From contig JAMDDE010000076.1 in NCBI GenBank assembly GCA_023489235.1, forward strand, positions 45,022 to 109,021: DNA of 64,000 nt, read 5' to 3'. Below, in pieces: positions 9,570-18,457 of the stretch. This DNA comes from Actinomycetota bacterium. Lineage in GTDB: Bacteria > Actinomycetota > Acidimicrobiia > Acidimicrobiales > JAMDDE01. The translations under genes were made by a program, and so were the position numbers. The notes under the pieces are model-generated. The model searched no databases. It worked only from the letters and a program-made list of their open reading frames with translations, and was not told where the DNA came from. Each line of letters opens with the position of its first letter. Within the stretch, counting starts at the first letter, position 1.

Positions 9570-11210
9570 TTAGCTTTGTGCAACGATCTTGCCAAACTGC
9601 TGCTTGACTCTAGCTACAACCTCGCCTGTAATTCCTCCGTCGACTTTGATTACCGGCAAGATGGATCGGAATGATCGTTCTCTAAGACATGACCACCACA
9701 CGCCGCTCCCATAGGCTATGTCCTCCAGCAAGCAGGCCACCGAGAAACCCGTCATGCCCTGAGGGGGCAGCTGTGCAAACCAGTTGGCTGAATAACGAAG
9801 TGCTATTGCCCCAATACACATACGACGCAGTTTTGTTGAGAACAGCGACGCCACCAATGTCACTGGCCACCACTCTCTAGTGCATGCTCTACTTAACATA
9901 CCTAAAGCGGAAAACTGAGAGGTTAAAGTCCATCGCGTGGACAACCACCACTTTGGGTCCAGCACTGAATCAGGTATCAAGGAGTGCAAAGTGTTCTTGG
10001 ATGACTTGACGCCCCTTGGAGCAGAGGAGAGCCTGGGAAGCCGTAAAGCGATCCAAACAATGGCTGTCAAGGTCCCTCCTACCCACCAGAGCAACGATCT
10101 TGAAATGCCAATGGCCACCAGACAGGCATCTCGTGGAGACAGTGATACAGGCGATACCGACCATGGATGCTTGTTGTCCAAGGAAGGAGCAGAGGTTCCA
10201 TAGTTGAACCGCTGACGCACGAAGGATCGTACTCCTTTGCGAACTGGATGGATTACCTCACTACTCGGGTCATATCTGACCACCCACCCTCTATCGCCAA
10301 GCCTCCAAAACAAGTCTACGTCTTCGCCGAAACGAAGCGATTCATCAAAACCGCCAACATCCACGAGAGCCTTACGCCTAACTACCACAGCTGCTGCAGG
10401 AACATACGGTACCTGCCCATTTCTTGCCACTACCGCTGGCCACACTCCCATGTCCAGAGGGGACCTCACTGAATCATGCGCTATTAGTGAACGCTGCAGC
10501 CATGAAAGCAACCTATTCCGTGAGCCCCATTCCCCATCTCTGTATTCTCGACCTCGATCCGCAAAGATCGGTTGAACCACTCGACTGGCAACTGCGCCAA
10601 CTCGAGGGTCGTTGAAGTAAGCAGTACAGCGAGCAATCCACCCAGGAGGTGGCATGCAACCTGAATCCAAGAAGGCAATTAGCTCCTCATCCATGGAACG
10701 CCAAGCAAAATTTCTTGCTGCAGCAGGGCCTTTGTTCTCTTCAAGGCGCAAGAGGGAGCCATTGAGCTGCTTTAAGTATTCCTGGATGATTGGATGATCT
10801 GAGAGTCGGTCGTTAGAGCCATCGTCTATTACTGTCACCCTTGTCCCTTCTGGCCTCACTCGAGGTAGCCTGGACAAGGTGGTACGGCATCCTTCAAGGT
10901 CTTGGTATACAGGTATGACTATACCCACTGTGCTGCGTGGTTGATGTTCAGGCAAAGGCAGTGGGTGCGCTATTTGGGCCCGAGACAGGAGACCTCGTAG
11001 GTGATCTTCGAGGTCATTAGGACTTGGATCAGTACCACTTGAACTACCCGACCCAACATCCTCAAAGATTTTTTTGGCAAGAGCAGCCCCTTCATCGGTC
11101 AAGCGAAGGATACGAAGTGGCCTACCGCCAACTAATACCTTTCGTTGTCGATCACTCCAGGTAAAGCGATCTAGGAGCACACTGCCTCGGCTTCCTGCCT
11201 TGGATTCCAA
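9570..11210 (-). CDS. mftF: Mycofactocin system glycosyltransferase (GT2 family, with C-terminal membrane domain)
   Basis: The N-terminus FTWSDRQRKVLVGGRPLRILRLTDEGAAL resembles MftF. The GT2 core shows VIPVY..VTVIDDGSND..GPAAARN..FLDSGC. The C-terminus is hydrophobic, and mft neighbours support the call. Confidence 0.7.
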   Translation of the reverse strand: MESKAGSRGSVLLDRFTWSDRQRKVLVGGRPLRILRLTDEGAALAKKIFEDVGSGSSSGTDPSPNDLEDHLRGLLSRAQIAHPLPLPEHQPRSTVGIVIPVYQDLEGCRTTLSRLPRVRPEGTRVTVIDDGSNDRLSDHPIIQEYLKQLNGSLLRLEENKGPAAARNFAWRSMDEELIAFLDSGCMPPPGWIARCTAYFNDPRVGAVASRVVQPIFADRGREYRDGEWGSRNRLLSWLQRSLIAHDSVRSPLDMGVWPAVVARNGQVPYVPAAAVVVRRKALVDVGGFDESLRFGEDVDLFWRLGDRGWVVRYDPSSEVIHPVRKGVRSFVRQRFNYGTSAPSLDNKHPWSVSPVSLSPRDACLVAIGISRSLLWWVGGTLTAIVWIALRLPRLSSAPRGVKSSKNTLHSLIPDSVLDPKWWLSTRWTLTSQFSALGMLSRACTREWWPVTLVASLFSTKLRRMCIGAIALRYSANWFAQLPPQGMTGFSVACLLEDIAYGSGVWWSCLRERSFRSILPVIKVDGGITGEVVARVKQQFGKIVAQS

Positions 11211-11274
11211 TACTCATGATTTTGATTGACAAGAAATAAAAAATTTCGTACCCACATGTCGAAGCTCTACATGT

Positions 11275-11304
11275 TCAATGATGCATTGAAAATGATGCAT
11301 TGAA
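11275..11304. promoter_or_regulatory. Operator-like tandem repeat between the ADH stop and the mftF start
   Basis: AATGATGCATTGAA occurs twice in tandem (11277-11290 and 11291-11304). The first copy sits inside the inverted repeat TCAATG-ATG-CATTGA (11275-11289). The site is 65-95 nt upstream of the mftF start. Confidence 0.3.
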
Positions 11305-11312
11305 GCTGGCAG

Positions 11313-12425
11313 CTACTCAAAGAGGATAACACCACGAATGTTCTTGCCATCCCGCATGTCTTGATACCCCTGATTCACCTCTGCAAGACTGTACGTCCTG
11401 GTGATCAGCTCATCGAGCTTTAGTTTCCCCTCTCTGTACAGATCGAGGATACGGGGCATGTCATATCGCGGATTGGCCGATCCAAAAATTGATCCGCGTA
11501 AATCCTTTTGGAACAAGGTGAGTTCAAATAACGAGAGTTGAACGTCACTCTGCAGAAATGGAGCTACAGCAGTTACCACGACTCGTCCACCCTTGGATAT
11601 CAAGGACATGGTTGGAGCAATCAAATCTCCACTAGCCACACTGGTCGTTATGATTGCTTTGTCGGCAAGCCTTCCCCAGGTAAGTTGGTTGACCAAGGCA
11701 TAAGCGGCTCCAAGGTCGGGGGCTGAGTGCGTGGCACCGAACACAGAGGCTTGCTCGCGTTTGAACGCCACCGGGTCAACAGCTACGATCCTTTCTGCTC
11801 CGGCAAGACGTGCACCTTGAATGGCATTCATGCCTACTCCTCCACAACCAACTACAACAACTGTATCGCCTGGAGCCACCTCTGCAGCGTATACAGCTGA
11901 TCCATATCCCGTAGTCACTCCACATCCAACCAATGCTGCCTTGTCCAGAGGGATATCGTCATCGATCTTGACCGCAGAGGCTTCGTTGACCACTACGTAT
12001 GGACTAAAAGTGCCGAGCAAGCAGAACGCTCCGGCTCCTTGACCCTTTGCCCTGATGCGATGTATCCCGTTGGAGACGGGGATTCCGGTAACTAGATTGG
12101 CCCCTAGGTCGCATAGGTTTTGATGTCCGCTCGAGCAAGAAGGGCACCGTCCGCATGCTGGTATGAAGGCCAATACCACGTGATCGCCCACGGAGAGGCT
12201 GTTCACCCCTGGACCAACGGCCTCCACTATACCCGCTCCTTCGTGTCCACCTACCATGGGCAGTGGTGCAGGTATGTCTCCAGTCAGCAAGTGCTCATCC
12301 GAGTGGCACAATCCTGAAGCTGCTAGCTTGACCAGCACCTCCCCTTCTACTGGATCATCCAGCTCTACCTCCTCCACGCTCCAGGAGGTGTTCAACTCCC
12401 ACAGCACCGCAGCTTGTGTCCTCAT
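11313..12425 (-). CDS. Zn-dependent alcohol dehydrogenase, NDMA-dependent / mycofactocin-coupled type
   Basis: 370 aa with GLCHSDEHL, GGHEGAGIVEAVGPGV, the structural-zinc Cys cluster CGRCPSCSSGHQNLC and the GCGGVG Rossmann motif. Mycofactocin neighbourhood. Confidence 0.75.
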   Translation of the reverse strand: MRTQAAVLWELNTSWSVEEVELDDPVEGEVLVKLAASGLCHSDEHLLTGDIPAPLPMVGGHEGAGIVEAVGPGVNSLSVGDHVVLAFIPACGRCPSCSSGHQNLCDLGANLVTGIPVSNGIHRIRAKGQGAGAFCLLGTFSPYVVVNEASAVKIDDDIPLDKAALVGCGVTTGYGSAVYAAEVAPGDTVVVVGCGGVGMNAIQGARLAGAERIVAVDPVAFKREQASVFGATHSAPDLGAAYALVNQLTWGRLADKAIITTSVASGDLIAPTMSLISKGGRVVVTAVAPFLQSDVQLSLFELTLFQKDLRGSIFGSANPRYDMPRILDLYREGKLKLDELITRTYSLAEVNQGYQDMRDGKNIRGVILFE

Positions 12426-12683
12426 ATCAGCCTCATCCTTTCTCGGCTCCTAACCAACCAAGAGCTCATCGATTCAATCACTGCCTCGTAATCTTTCCCT
12501 CTGTTTGGGAATTGCCTCCCTGCTACCCGAATACTTCCGTCTGCCCATGAATCATCATCCTTGATTATTGCAAACCTACGCAAGCACTTGCTAACTGATT
12601 GGAAGACATAGATCCTGGCAAGGTACGACGCTTACTCGACCGACCAGGTGCAAGAGATTCGATCGATTAGGGCATTGCTTGGA

Positions 12684-13493
12684 CTATCTAGTTGTAAAGC
12701 CAGCATCTACTACTAAGCAGGTTCCTGTAATGCCACTTGCAGCAGGGCTAGCTAGAAAGACAACTGCAGAAGCAATTTCGTCTGAATCGAGCAACCTACC
12801 GGTCAAATGCTGAGAAGCAAACTCATCTGAATCGGACAGATCATAAATTTTGGCGCTATGTTCCAACATTGGCCCTCTTGTAGATCCAGGGCATACTGCA
12901 TTGACCGTCACCCCTTCTCCTCCTAGCTCAGTAGCCATTGCCTTGATCAAGCCAATGACGCCATGCTTGGCTGCCGCATAAGCAGCAATACGCGGCATAC
13001 CCACTAACCCAGCAGTCGAGGAGATAGCTATGAATCGCCCTTGACGAGGAACGGGACGCCTCAAGATCTCTGGTATCGCTGCCTTTGCTAGGTTGAATAC
13101 CCCGGTCAGGTTTACATCGATCATCGTCTGCCAAGTATTATCCGATGTCTGCCAGACACTTTGGCCTCCAGCGATAGCTCCGGCAGCTGCAATAGCAATG
13201 TCCAGGCCACCAAAACGCTCTCTAGCCATTTGCACCGCCTCATCGAGCGCCTTCGGATCACGCACATCGACAGGAACAGCCACGGCTTGCTTGTTATCAA
13301 GCTCTTCCAGTACCCTACGCAAGTCATCGCTACTGGCCAATGGATACCCTATCTCGGGATCGTCATGACAGATGTCTACGAGGACCAAGTAATACTGCCT
13401 CGATGCCAACTGACGAGCAATAGAAGCACCAATACCTCGTCCAGCTCCAGTTATGATAGCTACGGGTTGCAAAGTATTTTTTTCCGCAAACAA
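12684..13493 (-). CDS. Mycofactocin-coupled SDR family oxidoreductase (carveol-dehydrogenase-like)
   Basis: TGAGRGIG, the family-typical insert VDICHDDPEIGYPLASSDDL, and the YAAAKHG catalytic motif. It is adjacent to mftE and the ADH. Confidence 0.68.
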   Translation of the reverse strand: MFAEKNTLQPVAIITGAGRGIGASIARQLASRQYYLVLVDICHDDPEIGYPLASSDDLRRVLEELDNKQAVAVPVDVRDPKALDEAVQMARERFGGLDIAIAAAGAIAGGQSVWQTSDNTWQTMIDVNLTGVFNLAKAAIPEILRRPVPRQGRFIAISSTAGLVGMPRIAAYAAAKHGVIGLIKAMATELGGEGVTVNAVCPGSTRGPMLEHSAKIYDLSDSDEFASQHLTGRLLDSDEIASAVVFLASPAASGITGTCLVVDAGFTTR

Positions 13494-13557
13494 AGTAATC
13501 CTCCCAACTGTTACAGAGCCAGGCTAGCGATCTGACTGCACCTCACCTGACCATGAG

Positions 13558-14316
13558 CTACTCATGTTCTGGCCATAGTTCAGCTACCGTGGATATCAAG
13601 TCTGCAAGCATAGAGGCCAATATCCGTTTGCCCTCCCCAGCAGAGGAGCCAACCGGATCGCCAAGTACTCCATTGGGTGAAACCGACTTCACTCCGAACA
13701 GTCGCATCTCTCTCCAAATATTCACAAGAGGCTCTTTGCACCCAGCTTCCATTTGGTCGGTTCTAACCAACTCAAGAGCCAACGCCAGCATGATAGAGGT
13801 CTCTATTCGTCCTGCATGCGAATCCCAGGTCTCCCCTTTTCCTCCTGCCATGACCCCCCTTGCACGTGGCCACCATACAACGGTCTTCCTCCCCTCAGCT
13901 GCAAGTCGCTCCTGGGCAGCTAGTAGCGACTCGGCATTGCCTCCGTGTCCGCTAATCAGTACAGCCCCCCTGAACAGAGAGGCAGAGCGAACCAGCTCTA
14001 CAAGAACCAGCTGCAATGCTTCAGCACCCATAGACAGCGTACCGGGGAAGTCCTTGTGCTCCCCGCTCGACCCATAGGGCAAGAGAGGTGCTACTAAAAT
14101 ATCTCTTCGCTGTAGTGCAAGTTGATAGGCCAGGTAGTTTGCCACAACGCTATCGGTACCTAGAGGAAGATGAGGACCATGCTGCTCTGTAGAGCCCAAG
14201 GGGACGACCAACAAGGTGTCTGCTGCTCTTGTCGCAACCTCCGGCCAGGTTAGAGTTTCGAGGCAAAAACCGCTCTCTTGTTGGTCCCATTCCTTCGACT
14301 TCTTCGACAACAGCAT
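13558..14316 (-). CDS. mftE: Creatininase-family peptidase, mycofactocin maturation MftE
   Basis: LLVVPLGSTEQHGPHLPLGTD is the creatininase-fold motif. Size is 252 aa and it sits in mft context. Confidence 0.72.
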   Translation of the reverse strand: MLLSKKSKEWDQQESGFCLETLTWPEVATRAADTLLVVPLGSTEQHGPHLPLGTDSVVANYLAYQLALQRRDILVAPLLPYGSSGEHKDFPGTLSMGAEALQLVLVELVRSASLFRGAVLISGHGGNAESLLAAQERLAAEGRKTVVWWPRARGVMAGGKGETWDSHAGRIETSIMLALALELVRTDQMEAGCKEPLVNIWREMRLFGVKSVSPNGVLGDPVGSSAGEGKRILASMLADLISTVAELWPEHE

Positions 14317-14609
14317 TCAGCTCGAAGACCCAAGGTATACATGATCTGTGCACACGATAAAAAATTTTACATTTATTAGCACTTATCGGTGCGATTGCCG
14401 AAGGCCTGGCGCCGTGGCGAGAACAAGTTCAACGATTCATTGCAGCCGGCCAACGAAGCAAATCCTCTCTTCCAGAGCTACAAGAAGATCAATCTAACAG
14501 TTGGCAGCACAACTACCTGTTGTAGTTGATAACCTCACAGTGTGGCTCAATAAAGATCCAGTAATGGTGGTCGAACAAAGACAAAGATAAAGACAAAATA
14601 TTTTCGGGA

Positions 14610-16604
14610 ATGAGAGTATTGGCCAAAAGAAGCAAAAACGTGCTTTCCTCGCAGTTCCTTCACCCCAATTTAGTGAAGGAACTGCGAGAGCAGACAGTAG
14701 GACTAGAGCGAGAGATAGAGCTCCTATGTGTGACTCTTGCCACTGGTCGCCATGTACTGCTCGAAGGACCACCCGGCACGGGCAAGTCCACCCTGCTCCG
14801 TTTGTTGGCTCAAGCCACGGGTACTGCTTTCGTCTTTGTGGAGGGCAATGCAGAGCTGACCCCGGCAAGACTCATTGGTTACCACGACCCAGCCATGGTC
14901 CTAGAGGTTGGTTACAAGCCAGAAGCCTTCGTTGAAGGCCCTCTCGTCATTGCCATGCAACAAGGAGCCCTTTTGTACATAGAAGAACTCAACAGGGTTC
15001 CGGAAGAGTGTCTAAACACGCTAGTGACCGCTCTAGCCGAAGGCGAGATATATGTTCCGAGGGTTGGCCGCATCGAAGCAGCTGATGGGTTTCGTATGGT
15101 AGCAGCCATGAACCCATTCGATGCAGTGGGGACCTCTAGGATCAGTCAAGCCGTATACGACCGTATGTGCCGAATAGCCATAGGCTACCAGGACTTCTCC
15201 GGTGAATGTGCAATAGTCGACAGACTGACCGGTCATTCCGATGAGATATCTGAAATTGCAGTAGAGCTCGTACGAGCTACTAGATCGCATCGAGACATCG
15301 TAACCGGCTCTTCTGTTCGTGGAGCTATAGACCTTACTCACCTCGCATTTGGATTGGCAAAGTTGCGTGGGGAGAGTGTACCCAGCCGCACTAGTCTGTT
15401 GGATGCCACATTGGTCGCAGTATCCGGCAGGATCAGAGTGGATGACTCGGCTCAACGTACCCCAGAGGAGATCCTTACCGAACTATTCGAAGAGGTACTG
15501 TCGAGACACTTTCAAAATACAGATAGTGAAGGTACATATCTTGAAGACCCAGGTAAACCCGCAGATGATCCAGATTTTTCCGCTACTCCGGAGGATGATC
15601 CAAGGAGATCGAACTGGGGAAAAGAGAATGGCCAGAGAATCGGTGATGCAACTACCGGACTCTCTGGCCAAGGAAAGCGTATCCTCGAGGGAAGATCAGC
15701 TGAAGCTGCTATATCACAAGCAGCTAGACGTACGGTGAGCAGGAAGTACTTAGCACGACGTTTTTCTGAATTCAGCTCACTCAGCCCTCGAGTAGGAACA
15801 CTCGACGAAGATGCTGCTGTAACCATGATCAAGAACGATTCGACCAGGGGAATCGAGTTGCTCTGCGAGATGGCCAATGCCACAGATCGAATGCTCGCCA
15901 AAGCAGCACGATCTCTAGCCACGCGCATCTTCGTAGACATGAGTAGGTCGGGTCATGACAGATGTCGTGGGCTGCATCGGATCGATCGAGACCACCATAG
16001 CTTAACGGGCGATCTCGACCTGGAAGGCACTCTCGAAACCACAGGAGGATTGAGACCAAAGTCTTCAGAAGACCTTCTCACCCTCTCCTGGCACGCCAGT
16101 CGTAAGGCGCTGTGTCTATTACTCGACAGAAGTGGTTCAATGGAAGGAAATCCTCTTGCACTTGCTTGTTTGGCTACAGCTGCCACTCTTACAGCTGGAA
16201 GGTCAAGAGCAGATGTAGCAGTGATCACATTTTCCAGTGAAGCTATAGTGGTCGTCCCCATGGGATCGAACTATTCAGTCCAATCGGCAGTAAACTCCTT
16301 GCTCTCGTTACGAGGAAGCGGGACAACTGATATCTCCAACGCATTCGCCGCTGCTGAGTTGCAGTTGAGTCGTAGTCCTTGCAAAACCAAGGAGGTAGTG
16401 CTGATCAGCGACTGTGTTGCCACTGCTGGTAACAGTCCTTTGGACTCGCTGAGAGGCATAGAGCTGCTTCATGTAATAAATACCAGCTACGACGAGGATG
16501 CACAGAACATGGGAAAGCTACTGGCAAAGCGAGGAAAGGGCAACTTTCAAGTAGCGACCGATCTTTCGAAGCTAGCCACTTCATTGCAGTCCATTCTTCT
16601 ATGA
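14610..16604 (+). CDS. Fusion protein: MoxR-like AAA+ ATPase (N-terminal) + acidic/Pro-rich linker + von Willebrand factor A domain (C-terminal)
   Basis: Walker A LLEGPPGTGKST, Walker B-like ALLYIEELNR and AAMNPFD place the N-terminus in the MoxR family. The C-terminus has CLLLDRSGSM (MIDAS DxSxS) followed by GSGTTD and VVLISD. The overall architecture resembles BchD/ChlD or CobS-CobT. Confidence 0.8.
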   Translation: MRVLAKRSKNVLSSQFLHPNLVKELREQTVGLEREIELLCVTLATGRHVLLEGPPGTGKSTLLRLLAQATGTAFVFVEGNAELTPARLIGYHDPAMVLEVGYKPEAFVEGPLVIAMQQGALLYIEELNRVPEECLNTLVTALAEGEIYVPRVGRIEAADGFRMVAAMNPFDAVGTSRISQAVYDRMCRIAIGYQDFSGECAIVDRLTGHSDEISEIAVELVRATRSHRDIVTGSSVRGAIDLTHLAFGLAKLRGESVPSRTSLLDATLVAVSGRIRVDDSAQRTPEEILTELFEEVLSRHFQNTDSEGTYLEDPGKPADDPDFSATPEDDPRRSNWGKENGQRIGDATTGLSGQGKRILEGRSAEAAISQAARRTVSRKYLARRFSEFSSLSPRVGTLDEDAAVTMIKNDSTRGIELLCEMANATDRMLAKAARSLATRIFVDMSRSGHDRCRGLHRIDRDHHSLTGDLDLEGTLETTGGLRPKSSEDLLTLSWHASRKALCLLLDRSGSMEGNPLALACLATAATLTAGRSRADVAVITFSSEAIVVVPMGSNYSVQSAVNSLLSLRGSGTTDISNAFAAAELQLSRSPCKTKEVVLISDCVATAGNSPLDSLRGIELLHVINTSYDEDAQNMGKLLAKRGKGNFQVATDLSKLATSLQSILL

Positions 16605-16768
16605 GTCCATGAGGATCGCTTGGCCCAAGATCGCGCCCCGCAAGTCCCTGGCTTGCATCCATGAGAAGAGCAAGATCAGTGTCAGCCAGTGCCTAGGATG
16701 GAGATTAGCAGTGATCGGTGTTACACTTAGGCTACTTCACGGTCAAGTCAGCAATTTAGCTAATCAAT

Positions 16769-17083
16769 ATGATAAATGAAAACCTTCTACTGGATCAGCA
16801 CCTGACCCTGAGCCCAACGGTATCCACCAGGAAAGAGCGTTTCGGTGCTTTGGTCTACAACCATGAAAACCGCAAATTGAGTTTTATTCGTTCCGAGGAA
16901 CTCCTCTGCATCATAGAGGATCTGCGACAAGGTGCCTCTGTAAAAGATGCTCTCGTTGCCAACAGGGTAGACCCTTCTAGATGGCCAACATTCGTAGCTA
17001 GTCTATCGACTTTGCTTGCACAAGGTTTCCTGGTCTCTGCTGGTGGAAGCAGTTCGTCACAGGCTGTTGTTCACACTAGTTAG
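16769..17083 (+). CDS. mftB: Mycofactocin biosynthesis chaperone (RRE protein) MftB
   Basis: 104 aa. The stretch ERFGALVYNHENRKLSFIRSEELLCIIEDL matches the MftB signature as I remember it. It lies directly upstream of mftA/mftC. Confidence 0.82.
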   Translation: MINENLLLDQHLTLSPTVSTRKERFGALVYNHENRKLSFIRSEELLCIIEDLRQGASVKDALVANRVDPSRWPTFVASLSTLLAQGFLVSAGGSSSSQAVVHTS

Positions 17084-17117
17084 CAGCTTTGTTGTTGCAC
17101 GAGTAGCTGTATATGCC

Positions 17118-17288
17118 ATGATTGAGACCATGACTGATAAGACCACTGCTACTAATACAAAGCTTCCTACTCATAGGACAGACAACGACCCGCAGCCCAC
17201 CTCGTCTGTTGCCGAGAATGCCCAATTGATAGCAGAGGAAATCCTCATAGAAGAGGTATCCATAGACGGCATGTGCGGAGTTTACTAA
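17118..17288 (+). CDS. mftA: Mycofactocin precursor peptide MftA
   Basis: The C-terminus EEILIEEVSIDGMCGVY-stop carries the canonical IDGMCGVY core. The track ORF (17016-) overlaps mftB, so I chose the first in-frame ATG after the mftB stop (17118). ATG at 17130 is also possible. Confidence 0.88.
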   Translation: MIETMTDKTTATNTKLPTHRTDNDPQPTSSVAENAQLIAEEILIEEVSIDGMCGVY

Positions 17289-17296
17289 GTTACGTC

Positions 17297-18457
17297 ATGT
17301 CCCTACGGATTAAAGAATACCTGAGGGAAGGTCTGAGCGCTCCCATCTGCCTTACCTGGGAACTTACCTATCGTTGCAACCTAGCGTGTGTACACTGTCT
17401 ATCCAACTCGGGTAATGCAGACCCTGCCGAGCTGGGTACTGAGCAAATTATGAATCTCGTCGACGAACTCGTTTCCATGGGAGTCTTCTACGTGAACGTA
17501 GGAGGAGGTGAACCGACTCTCCGTCCAGACTTCTTCGAGTTCCTCGAGCATGCCACAGCGCAACGACTCGGAATCAAATTCTCAACCAACGGAACCACTA
17601 TCAATAAAAAGCGAGCACAACGTCTCGCCGGAATGTCCTATCTAGATGTCCAAGTATCCATCGACGGTGCGGATCAAAGAACCAACGATGTAGTAAGGGG
17701 AAGGGGATCATTCTCTGCAGCACTGAGAGCACTAGCCAACTTGGCCGAGGCGGGCATGAACAACGTAAAGGTATCGGTGGTAGCTACTCGTTTCAACTTG
17801 GAACAGCTGGATACCTTGGAGGCATTGGCTGCTAGATACGGAGCTACTCTACGCATTACCAGACTACGTCCCTCCGGCAGAGGTGTCAGAAGTTGGCATA
17901 GGCTTCGCCCAACGAGAGAACAACTTCGAGAACTGCACCGCTGGCTCCTCGAGCACCCCCATGTCAGTACAGGAGACTCCTTTTTCCACCTCTCTCCATT
18001 CGGTGAACAGCTCGACGGTCTCAATATGTGCGGAGCGGGGAGAGTGGTCTGCCTGATAGATCCTCTAGGCGATGTATACGCTTGTCCATTTGCTATTCAT
18101 GAACAGTTCAGAGCAGGAAACGTAACCGACATCGGAGGTTTCAGACGGATCTGGGACTCCTCACTGGTTTTCGACTCACTAAGGCATGCTACGCCAACGG
18201 GCTCCTGTTCTAGTTGTTCAGTGTTTAACAACTGCGAAAGCGGTTGCATGGCCGCCAAGTTCTTTACTGGCCTGGATACAACAGGACCAGACCCAGAGTG
18301 CGTATTAGGCCATGGCGATAGTCCATTAGCCGAAGTGGAGAGGATGATCCCTCCTGCAGCTTCGTTGGACCACTCTCGCCATTCGTCTAACCCGATCGAG
18401 CAACAGCGAACCATTAGTGCTATTCCAGTATCCATCTCTACACATTGTGCATCGTGA
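17297..18457 (+). CDS. mftC: Mycofactocin radical SAM maturase MftC (SPASM domain)
   Basis: CNLACVHC is the CxxxCxxC radical SAM cluster. C-terminal Cys clusters are CGAGRVVC..ACPF and CSSCSVFNNCESGC. The track start at 17273 overlaps mftA, whereas ATG at 17297 follows the mftA stop. Confidence 0.9.
   Translation: MSLRIKEYLREGLSAPICLTWELTYRCNLACVHCLSNSGNADPAELGTEQIMNLVDELVSMGVFYVNVGGGEPTLRPDFFEFLEHATAQRLGIKFSTNGTTINKKRAQRLAGMSYLDVQVSIDGADQRTNDVVRGRGSFSAALRALANLAEAGMNNVKVSVVATRFNLEQLDTLEALAARYGATLRITRLRPSGRGVRSWHRLRPTREQLRELHRWLLEHPHVSTGDSFFHLSPFGEQLDGLNMCGAGRVVCLIDPLGDVYACPFAIHEQFRAGNVTDIGGFRRIWDSSLVFDSLRHATPTGSCSSCSVFNNCESGCMAAKFFTGLDTTGPDPECVLGHGDSPLAEVERMIPPAASLDHSRHSSNPIEQQRTISAIPVSISTHCAS

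Noticed and set aside
14610-16604. Calling the MoxR-VWA fusion a BchD/ChlD or CobT cobaltochelatase subunit.
   Set aside because: The architecture fits, but the AAA+ module looks MoxR-like rather than ChlI/ChlD-like. A ChlI-type gene already follows cobN at the left edge. I kept it as a generic MoxR-VWA fusion and raised it as a finding instead.
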